Shown: positions 1 to 9,525 of the stretch, piece after piece
Position numbering within the stretch: position 1 is the stretch's first letter
Layout of the letters: each line of letters opens with the position of its first letter
Assembly: GCA_964481345.1 (NCBI GenBank)
Contig: CAYZTC010000001.1
Location: 142,188-206,187 of the forward strand
From: an uncultured Candidatus Saccharibacteria bacterium
Lineage (GTDB): Bacteria; Patescibacteriota; Dojkabacteria; SC72; JAFGCJ01
DNA: 64,000 nucleotides
Direction: 5' to 3'
The notes under the pieces: generated by a model
Seen by the model: only the letters and a program-made list of their open reading frames with translations
The model's database searches: none
What the model was told of the DNA's origin: nothing
Made by a program: the position numbers and the translations under genes

Positions 1-484
1 TAAATACAACAAAATCATTATCCTCTGTTTTCTGTGATAACCCCTGCACAACCAACTCAAAATTACTTATTGTAGCTTCATAATCAACGTACTCTTCCTG
101 AGAACTTTCAAACAGATAATATATATTTTCTGGCAGGTATCCCTCATCAATGAGCAGATCATATGCCTGTCTCGAAGAATCCCTGAACCATCCATAATGA
201 GTATCATCACCAGAAGCGCCTCCAATCACAACTGCATATTTCTGTACACTTGAACTATCACTCTCATCAACAACCGCCTCTTCTTCACCTGATTCAGTAG
301 ACTCTTCTGTATCTTCTTCAACAGAGGTCTCTTCAGTATCAACACCAAGACCTGGAATATCCTGACCTAAAGATAGTTTCACTATGACCACAGTGACGAT
401 ACATGGAACAATACAAAGTAGAAAAATTAAAACAAAGGGCAATAATATCTTTTTAAGCTGACTTTTCTTAGGGGATACGTCCAT
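1..484 (-). CDS. membrane-anchored protein with putative caspase/C13-like peptidase domain (runs off window edge)
   Basis: Manual translation from ATG 484: MDVSPKK, TM helix, acidic linker, then KYAVVIGG...AYDLLIDEGYLPENIYYL, resembling clan CD peptidase N-termini. Confidence 0.5.
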   Translation of the reverse strand, partial: MDVSPKKSQLKKILLPFVLIFLLCIVPCIVTVVIVKLSLGQDIPGLGVDTEETSVEEDTEESTESGEEEAVVDESDSSSVQKYAVVIGGASGDDTHYGWFRDSSRQAYDLLIDEGYLPENIYYLFESSQEEYVDYEATISNFELVVQGLSQKTEDNDFVVF

Positions 485-487
485 ACG

Positions 488-1069
488 TTAAACAATAAAA
501 TAATCGTTATAAAGTCTGTTGATCTTCTTATTAAATTCCTCCTTTGTTCTACTGTTATCTATACTCACTTGTGCCATATCAATACACTTTTGCACATTCT
601 GTTCATTTTCGGCATTTCCTATTCCAAGATCCCTCTTATCATCGATCTTAAACTCCTCAAAACTTTTTTTATCTTCTTTATACTGTCCTTTTCTCTGAAC
701 AATCCTTTTATACCTTACCTCAATTGGAGCAGTAACGGTCATAACAAGTAGGTCGTCATCCAGCTCACTCATTAAAAGTTTCAACTCGTTGTGATTCCGA
801 ATGCTATCTATTATGAATCTGTCGGATGGATCATTTCTGATCTTTTTAATTGCTATTTGTGCAAGTGCATCTAATCCTAGTTTTTTCCTCAAGTCATCAC
901 CAACATCCTGAAGTATAGCTCTATCTTCTCTATCAAGACCCAGCCTATCACATTCATCATAAATTGGGATCGTTAATTTGTAATACCTGAACCCTTTATC
1001 CTTAAAAAATTCTGTTAAAGTCGTCTTTCCTGCACCAATAGGCGCAACTACTGCGATATGCTTTTTCAT
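488..1069 (-). CDS. P-loop nucleotide kinase (dephospho-CoA kinase-like/UPF0200)
   Basis: Walker A APIGAGKT, IIDSIRN, APIEVRYKRI. Confidence 0.75.
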   Translation of the reverse strand: MKKHIAVVAPIGAGKTTLTEFFKDKGFRYYKLTIPIYDECDRLGLDREDRAILQDVGDDLRKKLGLDALAQIAIKKIRNDPSDRFIIDSIRNHNELKLLMSELDDDLLVMTVTAPIEVRYKRIVQRKGQYKEDKKSFEEFKIDDKRDLGIGNAENEQNVQKCIDMAQVSIDNSRTKEEFNKKINRLYNDYFIV

Positions 1070-1647
1070 ATATCATCCTCCTTAAACTTCTCTACTTTAT
1101 ACCGCCTTACCTTAAGGTCACCATTTTTCCATTCTTCAGAACTTAACCCAGCTTTCACGCATAGGTTACTTAAGAAATCTTCCGGTACCGTCAGGTCTTC
1201 CCAAACTTGAGGTAAAAATGTTGCAGTATTTTGACCTTTTTCAATAATCACACCTGGCTTTTCATCCTCAAGCTTCTTTAACAAATCTTTACCATCCTTG
1301 TATTTCAATTCCTCGGCCTTACTCAGAATAGAAATTTCAATATTAACCTTTTTTAACTCATCTTTAGATAGATGGCTAAACCTGTAATCTCCAAATGCTG
1401 CACTCACTGCATTCTCAACTATATCTTTATACATTGGATTTACCGCCACTAACTTACCTATACAGCCCCGTAGTTTTCCATCAATAGTCAATGTAACAAA
1501 AGTTGCACCTTTTTCCTTCGTTTTTTCAGACAAAGCATTCTCATCTACCTCGATCTGAGTGATACCTTCAAAAACTCCCTCTATTGCCCTTCTTGTGTAA
1601 TTCAGAAGTAGTTTCTTTTCTTCTCTTGTCAATTTAGTAATTTCCAA
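1066..1647 (-). CDS. amrA: AmmeMemoRadiSam system protein A (AMMECR1 family)
   Basis: ATFVTL...LRGCIG, ATFLPQVW, LCVKAGL. Confidence 0.93.
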   Translation of the reverse strand: MEITKLTREEKKLLLNYTRRAIEGVFEGITQIEVDENALSEKTKEKGATFVTLTIDGKLRGCIGKLVAVNPMYKDIVENAVSAAFGDYRFSHLSKDELKKVNIEISILSKAEELKYKDGKDLLKKLEDEKPGVIIEKGQNTATFLPQVWEDLTVPEDFLSNLCVKAGLSSEEWKNGDLKVRRYKVEKFKEDDI

Positions 1648-2478
1648 CTATTTTTCTTGAAAAATCATTCCAGCATAACCTACCACTGCACTTTTATCAC
1701 CGGTAACATCACCTGAGTTTTTATAGTCCACTAAACCAGATTGCCAATCATTCATCTCGGCAAGTTTCATTCCAATAAGTATCCCCTCTTTACCACATGC
1801 CTCTTTTTCGTTTTCACTAAGGCCTTCATAGTCAAAGTTTAATATTGAATCAATGGTTTTTTCATCAAGACTTTTTGCAGTTTCATATGGATGATAGTGT
1901 GAAAGATCAGAGCTAATAAGTACAACCGTTTTGTCATCTAGCAGTTTGTTTATTTCTTTTGAAACAGAATCAGTGTCCACACCTGCCCCACAGCACAGGG
2001 GAACTAATTTGATCCCTTTAAACAACTTCATCAAAAAGGGAAGCTGTACCTCCAAAGAATGCTCATACAAAAACGCATCAGAAAAGTCTACAAAACCATC
2101 TTTTTTAACAAGTACTTTACAAACACTACTGGCAATTTCAACATTCCCAAATGGAATTTCCCATTCATCGTCCATATTGACAGCCACTCCCTCAAAACCT
2201 ATTTGATGTGATACTCCAATTAAAATTATTCTTTTCAATTTATCACCCCAGTCATTTTTAATTACTTTATAGACACTTGCGGCAACACCACCCGAATAAA
2301 CCAGTCCTGCATGCGGAACGATGGCAGCACTAATCTTCTCTATACCCTCTTTATCAAATAGCACAGGAGTACTCTTCAACAGAGCACCAACCATTTTATC
2401 TAACTTCTCTTTGTCTGCGGGATAAAATGATCCGGCAGCACAAGCTTTTTTAATCTTTTTCATCCTTATTTTTTTCAC
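1648..2478 (-). CDS. amrB: AmmeMemoRadiSam system protein B (MEMO1 family)
   Basis: AGSFYP, PHAGLVYSG, EHSLEVQLPF, SSDLSHY, VVGYA. Confidence 0.93.
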   Translation of the reverse strand: MKKIRMKKIKKACAAGSFYPADKEKLDKMVGALLKSTPVLFDKEGIEKISAAIVPHAGLVYSGGVAASVYKVIKNDWGDKLKRIILIGVSHQIGFEGVAVNMDDEWEIPFGNVEIASSVCKVLVKKDGFVDFSDAFLYEHSLEVQLPFLMKLFKGIKLVPLCCGAGVDTDSVSKEINKLLDDKTVVLISSDLSHYHPYETAKSLDEKTIDSILNFDYEGLSENEKEACGKEGILIGMKLAEMNDWQSGLVDYKNSGDVTGDKSAVVGYAGMIFQEK

Positions 2479-3550
2479 TTAAATAAGACTCTGCATTCCA
2501 AATACCTGGTATTTTCTCCCCACAATATTTACACTCATCATCCTTCAACCCTAAAACATTAACCGACGCCCAACTTCTTTCAATTAGTAACTTGTTGCAT
2601 TTGGGACAGTATGTAGATTGCATATCAACATCTGAAATATTTCCCCCATATACATACTTTAATCCAGCATCTTTCCCAATATCTACTGCCTTTTTTATAC
2701 TGTCAATTGGTGTGGAAGGTTTATCAACCATCTTATATGCTGGAGAAAAGGAGGTGACATGCCAAGGGATATTGTTTGATAGTTCAGATATAAACTTTGC
2801 AACACTCTCTATCTCTTTTTCATTATCATTTTCGCCTGGTATCAACATAGTGGTAAGCTCAATCCATATTCCCCTCTTAAATGCCATTTCTATACCGTCT
2901 AACACTTCCTTAAACTTTGCATTGCAATGTTTTGTATAAAACCCTTCACTAAATGCTTTCAAATCAATATTCATTGCATCAATATGGCCATCCATATAAT
3001 CGAGCAGGGGTTTTGTAAAATATCCATTTGTTATATAGACCCCCAGTAACTTTCTTTGACCACCAACCATAGCTTTTTTCATAACATCATGACTATACTC
3101 AGCAAAAATCGTGGGCTCATTGTATGTAAACGCCACAGATGGAATATCATTTTTAACACAAAAATCAACCGTCTCCTTTGGAGCTAGCTTATAGCTTGAG
3201 TATTCTGAATTTTCCGACAAAATCTCTTCTGGATTTTTACTCCTTGATATCCTCAAAAGCTGAGAAGATTGCCAGTTTTGACAAAAATCACAGAAAAAAT
3301 TGCACCCAACAGTACCTAGCGAAAATATATTTGATCCAGGAAGAAAGTGAAACAAGGGTTTTTTCTCAATCGGATCTACACTTACAGCATTTAGGTTTTC
3401 GTAAACAAGAAGTTTAAGCTTTCCATTTTCATTCTTCCTTACTCCACAAACTCCAGTATCTCCTTCTTTAATAATACATTCTCTTTTACAGGCAAGACAT
3501 TTTATCTTTCCTTCTTTTTCAGCTTTATACAACACATCCACCACACCCAT
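2450..3550 (-). CDS. amrS: AmmeMemoRadiSam system radical SAM enzyme
   Basis: DPIEKKPLFHF, CNFFCDFCQN (CxxxCxxC), FTYNEPT, NIDLKAF; adjacent to amrA/B. Confidence 0.95.
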   Translation of the reverse strand: MGVVDVLYKAEKEGKIKCLACKRECIIKEGDTGVCGVRKNENGKLKLLVYENLNAVSVDPIEKKPLFHFLPGSNIFSLGTVGCNFFCDFCQNWQSSQLLRISRSKNPEEILSENSEYSSYKLAPKETVDFCVKNDIPSVAFTYNEPTIFAEYSHDVMKKAMVGGQRKLLGVYITNGYFTKPLLDYMDGHIDAMNIDLKAFSEGFYTKHCNAKFKEVLDGIEMAFKRGIWIELTTMLIPGENDNEKEIESVAKFISELSNNIPWHVTSFSPAYKMVDKPSTPIDSIKKAVDIGKDAGLKYVYGGNISDVDMQSTYCPKCNKLLIERSWASVNVLGLKDDECKYCGEKIPGIWNAESYLSEKNKDEKD

Positions 3551-3561
3551 ATTTTACCAGC

Positions 3562-3663
3562 TTATCTGTCATATACGTTGAAAAAGTAAATGATAGGAAA
3601 TCCAAGAAGTAAACATAATACTGAAATAAGTAAAATATTTAAGGCTTTTTTAACAAGTCGCAT
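3562..3663 (-). CDS. small single-TM protein, 33 aa (not in ORF track)
   Basis: MRLVKKALNILLISVLCLLLGFPIIYFFNVYDR; TATAAT lies 6 nt before the ATG, as for other leaderless genes here. Confidence 0.45.
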   Translation of the reverse strand: MRLVKKALNILLISVLCLLLGFPIIYFFNVYDR

Positions 3664-3680
3664 ATCAACATTATATCTAT

Positions 3681-4388
3681 TTACTTTCTTCCTGTCAGAA
3701 GTTTAGCTCGAGTTTCTCTTACAGCAATAGCAGGAAGGGATTTTTGATTTCTTACCAAGTAACTCTCAACTTCATCCCTATGGTGTTTTATCAAGGTCCT
3801 CAATAGCCAGGAAATCGCTTTGGTAATAAGTTTATCCCTCTCATATTTCAGTCTGTCAATATTTTCAAACGCCTGTCTTGAAAATACCTCATCAGCACTA
3901 TCTCTCACTGGCTTTACCAGCAGGACAAGAGATGCTCTTCTCTTATTAATAGTTTTATCCTTAGAAAGTTTGATTATGAATTCCTTCCATTTCTTCCAAT
4001 TCTTCACATAGTCATCCTTTGTAAACACAGATTGACATAAAGAGTCTACCTCCGCCCATCCTTTCAGATTACTTAGCCATTTATCTACATCCCCCGGCTC
4101 AACAATTTCCCTTACGTCTTTTCTCTTTTGAAGAATGATGCCTGCACAATATTTTTCATCACTTGAATCAGTTTTGTATAAAGAGTTTATACCCTTCTTA
4201 ATATCTTCCGGTCTCATTTTCTTATTGCCCTCTAATACATTCTGAACAATATCCTTTCTTTGTGAAGCGGTTAAGCCATAATGAAAATCATCATTTCCTC
4301 CATAACCATCAGGTAGTTTTGACGGAACATGGCTTTTCTTAGAAACCATTTGAATTTGAGCCAATATCTGTCCATGAAATAGATGCAT
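3681..4388 (-). CDS. DNA alkylation repair protein (AlkD-like HEAT repeat)
   Basis: GWAEVDSLC, NKRRASLV, ITKAISWLLR; start moved to the ATG 6 nt after TATAAT. Confidence 0.8.
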   Translation of the reverse strand: MHLFHGQILAQIQMVSKKSHVPSKLPDGYGGNDDFHYGLTASQRKDIVQNVLEGNKKMRPEDIKKGINSLYKTDSSDEKYCAGIILQKRKDVREIVEPGDVDKWLSNLKGWAEVDSLCQSVFTKDDYVKNWKKWKEFIIKLSKDKTINKRRASLVLLVKPVRDSADEVFSRQAFENIDRLKYERDKLITKAISWLLRTLIKHHRDEVESYLVRNQKSLPAIAVRETRAKLLTGRK

Positions 4389-4757
4389 ACTGGAATTATA
4401 TCCTATACAGACCCATCTATAAAAAATACTATCAAACCTGGTCAGAAATTTCATTGATACAAAAACAAACATACCTTACTATCAGATAAAATCTGGGACC
4501 TATAGCACCTCATACCTAGTTTCAAGTTCATGAAATTTTCATGAAGACTTTCTCAAATACAGATTTAACAACCAAAATGGAATTTCCACAAACCAGGTCT
4601 GGATTCAGACAGGAGTTAGAGAGAGGTAAGGCCTGCTTGTCCCGCTGTATGGTGGCTTCGCGGGGGCCCTCGCGCCACAATACACGGTATTTACAGAAAA
4701 GACAGATTGTTATAATATCCTATAGAGTTCTATCACAGAAAAATAAAAGGAGAAAAA

Positions 4758-4976
4758 ATGAAAACACCAAAATGGATCATGAAATTCTTCAGGTATCTTT
4801 CCGAAGAAAAAGGCACAAAAGTCTTTTGGATACTGCTAATCCTTCCAATAACCATCATAGTTGTTGGAAAAATACAGAAACTTATGTGTCTAACAGCTTT
4901 GGGAGTGGTAACACTGGTTACCTTCATTTCAATTACCTATCTTGGCCTAGCCACCAAGTATAACTTTTCAAAGTAA
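4758..4976 (+). CDS. small two-TM membrane protein, 72 aa
   Basis: AAGGAG SD, upstream TATAAT, hydrophobic product, downstream hairpin. Confidence 0.65.
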   Translation: MKTPKWIMKFFRYLSEEKGTKVFWILLILPITIIVVGKIQKLMCLTALGVVTLVTFISITYLGLATKYNFSK

Positions 4977-4981
4977 AACTC

Positions 4982-5023
4982 CCTCTCCCCACCTTGCTGA
5001 GTCATCAGTATTCTGGGGAGAGG
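4982..5023. terminator. GC-rich hairpin between convergent genes
   Basis: CCTCTCCCC...GGGGAGAGG inverted repeat. Confidence 0.5.
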
Positions 5024-5061
5024 AAAATTCAATAGAGTAAAGCAGATAAGAGGCTAATTCT

Positions 5062-5388
5062 CTATACCTTCTTTAGTCGAAGATCTCCTTTTTCTTTCTT
5101 CAATGTATCTCCTACTTTACAGTTATGAAACATCTTCTTAGAAACCCCGATTTTTCTTTCTTTCCCTTCGTCAGTATCAACTACCAAGGTATAGTAATCA
5201 TGAGTTATATTACTATCGAAATCCTCTCTCTGTTTGTGTAGTTTATCCTTTATCTTTCCCTCCCACTCACTATCTTTGGTCTTTTTTATTAAATACACGA
5301 TTAAAACAACAAAACCGACGATAAGAATAAAAAAGATAATACCAAAGCATACCGTAGGTAATATTGAGGAGATTTGTCCCTGATCCAT
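5062..5388 (-). CDS. membrane-anchored small beta-domain hypothetical protein
   Basis: N-terminal TM, WEGKIKDK...VGDTLKKEKG. Confidence 0.7.
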   Translation of the reverse strand: MDQGQISSILPTVCFGIIFFILIVGFVVLIVYLIKKTKDSEWEGKIKDKLHKQREDFDSNITHDYYTLVVDTDEGKERKIGVSKKMFHNCKVGDTLKKEKGDLRLKKV

Positions 5389-5408
5389 AATTACTTTTTA
5401 ATAAAAAT

Positions 5409-5624
5409 TTATACAATCCCTATTATACTCCTTAAATCGTTGGCCCTAACAAGATATTCTTCTTTCCATAAATCAACTGGGTCTCCTGCTTCCTGGCCAG
5501 AGCTATTTTCAGTCTGCTCTCCTTTATTTACTTCTTCATAAAAAAGGTAGGTAACAATTCCAAGTGCTACAAATAAGGCAATGTTGGAAATAATTAAAAT
5601 GATGGGTAGTTTTTTATTTGGCAT
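5409..5624 (-). CDS. small membrane-anchored hypothetical protein
   Basis: N-terminal TM helix, TATAAT just upstream. Confidence 0.55.
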   Translation of the reverse strand: MPNKKLPIILIISNIALFVALGIVTYLFYEEVNKGEQTENSSGQEAGDPVDLWKEEYLVRANDLRSIIGIV

Positions 5625-5719
5625 ACAATATATATTATATCCAAAAGTAACTACCTGTCATATGAGGTCTCAGCATACCCCTATTTAGAGGCATATCATA
5701 AATATTCAAGAATAGCCTA

Positions 5720-6382
5720 TTATTTCTTCAGCTTCGAATAAAACTCTTCCAAGATTTTCCTTGCAGTATCCTTTCCCCCAAGTCCAAAGGCTAGACCTCC
5801 TGCCAGAGCTAACATTGCAATTATTCCTGAGAATAATATTCTCACCAGATCATCTGCAACCCCAAGCTGGTTTAGTATCAAAAGAATTGTAAATACTATA
5901 ACGGCATACCTGGAAAGGGTTGACAACACCCCTATTGCAGTAGCACCAAGGTCCTCTGCGCTTTGCTTAACTAAGTCTTCAACCAAAGATGCGACTACCA
6001 TACCTATAAATGCAATTACTACAGATATGAATACGTTTGGAAGGTAAAGAAGAAGCTGGCTTAACAACTCACCAACCTGACTTAAACCCCACGCGTCTAC
6101 TGCTGCAACTAAGAAAAGAATTATGACAGTCCACCTAAGCATTTCTGATACTATCTCTATCCAAAGAGTTGTCGGTACTGATTTTTCTAACTTTATTTTT
6201 TTTGCAAAATTAGACTTCACAACAAATGTATTAAGTCCAACGATAGCCTTTCTTAATACATTTCCAAGTATTAAACCAACTACCAAAAGCAAAAGCCCAG
6301 CCAAAAGCTGTGGTGCATAAGACACAATATTTGACCAAAAGTCAGTGATTATTGTTGCTGTTGTATCAACTACTGATTCCAC
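5720..6382 (-). CDS. CmpX/TM_helix-repeat protein (MscS-associated family)
   Basis: YLPNVF, LALAGGLAFGLGGKD; GAAAGGAGG SD. Confidence 0.8.
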   Translation of the reverse strand: MESVVDTTATIITDFWSNIVSYAPQLLAGLLLLVVGLILGNVLRKAIVGLNTFVVKSNFAKKIKLEKSVPTTLWIEIVSEMLRWTVIILFLVAAVDAWGLSQVGELLSQLLLYLPNVFISVVIAFIGMVVASLVEDLVKQSAEDLGATAIGVLSTLSRYAVIVFTILLILNQLGVADDLVRILFSGIIAMLALAGGLAFGLGGKDTARKILEEFYSKLKK

Positions 6383-6566
6383 TCTACTTACCTCCTTTCA
6401 TCGAGATATAGTAATATTTACTAGTGTACATTACTAAGCATATGATACCATATAATCTTTTATTCCTGGTCTTTTCCTTACGTTTCCAGAATCTTACTTT
6501 GAAACCGACAAGAGATTCTTTCATTACTTTTAAACCCGGGAAAATAGATTGAAGAGGAGTAAAGGT

Positions 6567-6902
6567 TCAGGCCGTTAACAAAAGTGTTTTTATTTCAGTT
6601 GAAGATGCTTGTATTTTCTTTCCATTATTAAATTTTACAAAAAAGTCTGAGTTTTCTCTTACTAAATCTATTAATCTTACAGCCTGAGAAAAATCAGATA
6701 CCATTCTTCCTGGACCATTATTAATCAGGTCGTCATCGATCACTTCTGCCTTAAGCTCATTGTTATACCTCTTGGAAAGCTCAGCCAATAATGAGCAACT
6801 TGCTATATACCAATTACCTTTCTGGTCTTCAAAAACAGTATAGTCTTGAACCCCACCCCTTAACCTTTCTATCACTTTTCTTTTATAGATTTTACTAATC
6901 AT
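6567..6902 (-). CDS. hypothetical protein
   Basis: 111-aa ORF, TAGAAT 9 nt before ATG. Confidence 0.55.
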   Translation of the reverse strand: MISKIYKRKVIERLRGGVQDYTVFEDQKGNWYIASCSLLAELSKRYNNELKAEVIDDDLINNGPGRMVSDFSQAVRLIDLVRENSDFFVKFNNGKKIQASSTEIKTLLLTA

Positions 6903-7028
6903 AATATTTAAATTCTAACACATTTTAACTAGATCCTTGGGTAGGTATTTTGCCCCGTAAGCGTGACTTCGCACTACCTATTCTACCATCAGAAAGATCT
7001 TTTACCTCCAATACTTTTTCACAGATAA

Positions 7029-7703
7029 CTAATACCCCGCCTTTACCAGTTTATCATAGGCATCTTGAACTTCAGGTGGTATTTCTTGTTCTGTTTGGAA
7101 GCCCTGTTTGGGGTATTCAATGATTCTTTTCATATTTCCAACCATATCTTTTACCAGTTTCTCCAACGTTCTCTCCTCATTACAGTAGTCCATCATACTC
7201 ACTTTCAATGATGTTACAATCGTCCTCATTTCAGGCCATTGCTTTTCTAATGTAGCCTTACCTCTTCTTTGTTTATCAGGAATATAGACCCAGATTGATT
7301 TATTTACCTTATCTCCTCTTTCCCTAAATATATCCCTGACGTTAGTTACTACCTCGCCAGCATTCTTCGATTTATCCTGCATAATTAAAGATTTTTCATC
7401 CACACCACTTTCAATTGCCCTATTCTTAAATACTTCTGCCTCAGTCAGATTTGCAAGTTTATGATCTTTTCCTAGTCCCAGCACCTCACCATAATGATGT
7501 CCACCTGAACAGACAATAATAGGTGCTAGCCCTTTCTTATAAAGATCTACCCCTACTTCAATAAGCCTTATGTCATGTCCGGTTATAACGATAAAATCAG
7601 ATTTCTCAACTGGTTCATATAAAGTATGGTAATCCCAAAGTATTTCTGCATTTTTCATGACCTCTTTTGGGATAGATGTTTCACTTTTAGAAATTTTCTC
7701 CAT
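7029..7703 (-). CDS. YdcF/DUF218 family protein
   Basis: ILWDYH, IVCSGG, TEAEVF, RIIEYPKQGF. Confidence 0.85.
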   Translation of the reverse strand: MEKISKSETSIPKEVMKNAEILWDYHTLYEPVEKSDFIVITGHDIRLIEVGVDLYKKGLAPIIVCSGGHHYGEVLGLGKDHKLANLTEAEVFKNRAIESGVDEKSLIMQDKSKNAGEVVTNVRDIFRERGDKVNKSIWVYIPDKQRRGKATLEKQWPEMRTIVTSLKVSMMDYCNEERTLEKLVKDMVGNMKRIIEYPKQGFQTEQEIPPEVQDAYDKLVKAGY

Positions 7704-7753
7704 ATCGAAGGAATTATATCACAACAAAGAAATCTGACGGGTGTTTTAAGCAG

Positions 7754-8599
7754 TTAAATTTTTCTAAAAAGAAGGGTCGAAAAACTAGAAGCGGTTAAAT
7801 AAACTTCTTTTGCCTTTTTAGGATCGTACTTCCAATCTTCAAAATGCTCTTTTGCTACCAGTATTTTCTGAGCTAATTCTGCAGCTTCGGGAAATCGAGT
7901 TTTGTAGAGCTCTAATAGTTTTTCTCTATCATGAAAAACTTTAAGGAACTTCTTTTCTTTCAGCTCCTCATCGGACATCAACAGTTCCACTCCAAAATAT
8001 AAAAGGTTCTTTCCGTGCGACAAGGATTCGTTAAAAATTAAATCTACATCTCGATTTAAGTGATAGCCCAAAGGAATTCTATCCAGTTGTACCTTATGAG
8101 AGATTATCTTCCCCATAGCATCAGCGTGAATAGCTTTTTTTGAAACTTGAAAAACAATATCTTTCAAAACATCTTTTCCAAAAACAAGCTTTCTGCTTGA
8201 TTTAAAGCCTTCAAATACATATTCCGGGATAAAGCTGTTCCTTCTTTTAAATTCATCTGATGAGCTGGCACTAGAAACAATCGATATATTTACAAAAACG
8301 TCTTCCCCTCTCTTAAGAGGATAAGAAAATTTAAAGGGTCGTAGTTCCGAACGAACAACAAAGTCATTTATAAATTTATCAATTGCCTCAGTTAATATTT
8401 CTCCTAGTTTCCACCTACTATCATCCTGAACGGGTTCTTTATGAACTAACAACCAATTTATATCTGGCCGTGAAAGCGAGAGTTTTCCTTTCGTATAACT
8501 ACCCACCAGGTAGACAGACTCAAGTCTATTACCTAATTTTTTCTTAATTCTCTGATTTATAAAGCTGACTAGTTTTTCTACGTTTTTCTTTGTAATCAT
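7754..8599 (-). CDS. nucleotidyltransferase-fold protein (Pol-beta-like)
   Basis: SVYLVGSYTKG...RPDINWLLV, resembling the GS...DxD motif but with DxN. Confidence 0.55.
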   Translation of the reverse strand: MITKKNVEKLVSFINQRIKKKLGNRLESVYLVGSYTKGKLSLSRPDINWLLVHKEPVQDDSRWKLGEILTEAIDKFINDFVVRSELRPFKFSYPLKRGEDVFVNISIVSSASSSDEFKRRNSFIPEYVFEGFKSSRKLVFGKDVLKDIVFQVSKKAIHADAMGKIISHKVQLDRIPLGYHLNRDVDLIFNESLSHGKNLLYFGVELLMSDEELKEKKFLKVFHDREKLLELYKTRFPEAAELAQKILVAKEHFEDWKYDPKKAKEVYLTASSFSTLLFRKI

Positions 8600-8618
8600 T
8601 TTTTTATTTCAACTTCCT

Positions 8619-9302
8619 TTAGCTCAAATCAAACTCCTGAACTAGAACTGATTTTTTCATTATTTTTTTGAGATTCTTATAAGGATATTGCTTAAGCTCA
8701 ATTATTTCCCACTCCTCAGCTACGTTTTCCCAAGGGAACAGAGGCTCTCTCTTGTATTCAAGCCCCAACTTTTTACATTCCTCCACTGAAAGCTCCTTGC
8801 AATCATTCGTAAGTCTTCCGTAGAAGCAGACATCTGCATCTTTAACTACATGCTGATAGTTGTAGTCCATGTTCGAGGCACCATAGATAATTTTGCATTT
8901 AGGAAATGCTTCTTTTATGTCTGAGGCCGCATGTCTTGCTTGATTACCATAGCAGTGATTACCCTCTATAAGGAGGAATGTTGGATCCTTTCTAAATATT
9001 AGATCTTTGCTAATAGTCATTAATCGCCTAAGCTCACACTTATCTTTAACGAAAAAATATTTGTACTGCACAGGCAAAATAACCAGAACATCAAGGATAA
9101 AGGCAAGAAAGGTAGCAGGGATATTTCCTCCTCTCAATATTGGTACAACTGCATCAATAGTGACTTTGTTTTCCTTAACATAATCAGTGATTTTTTCAAC
9201 CAAGCATCTAAATTCTTTCTCATACTCAATCCAGCTGCGAACATAGTAACTGCTTTTCTTATACTTCTTGAGAGCGTTTTTGAGCTTGTCTTTTTCTTGC
9301 AT
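8619..9302 (-). CDS. divergent type I phosphoribosyltransferase
   Basis: DAVVPILRGGNIPA, LLIEGNHCYG (altered PRPP loop), C-terminal FPWE. Confidence 0.7.
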   Translation of the reverse strand: MQEKDKLKNALKKYKKSSYYVRSWIEYEKEFRCLVEKITDYVKENKVTIDAVVPILRGGNIPATFLAFILDVLVILPVQYKYFFVKDKCELRRLMTISKDLIFRKDPTFLLIEGNHCYGNQARHAASDIKEAFPKCKIIYGASNMDYNYQHVVKDADVCFYGRLTNDCKELSVEECKKLGLEYKREPLFPWENVAEEWEIIELKQYPYKNLKKIMKKSVLVQEFDLS

Positions 9303-9404
9303 GGCCGAATTATACAATACTACAGGGGATGTTGTACTCAAACCTTTCAAAAAAAGGCCTACCGACACGACTGGACTGAGCCACTCTGAAGCTTTAGCGT
9401 AGAA

Positions 9405-9479
9405 TGGCTCCCCGGGTAGGACTCGAACCTACAACCAACCGGTTAACAGCCGGTTGCTCTACCATTGAGCTACCGAGGA
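9405..9479 (-). tRNA. tRNA-Asn(GTT)
   Basis: Cloverleaf TCCTCGG...CCGGGGA-G-CCA; anticodon arm ACCGG-CTGTTAA-CCGGT; GGTTCGAGTCC. Confidence 0.97.
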
Positions 9480-9525
9480 TCGATGCAGCGAAATGTTACT
9501 ATAAAAGCAACATTTTGTTAATTCG

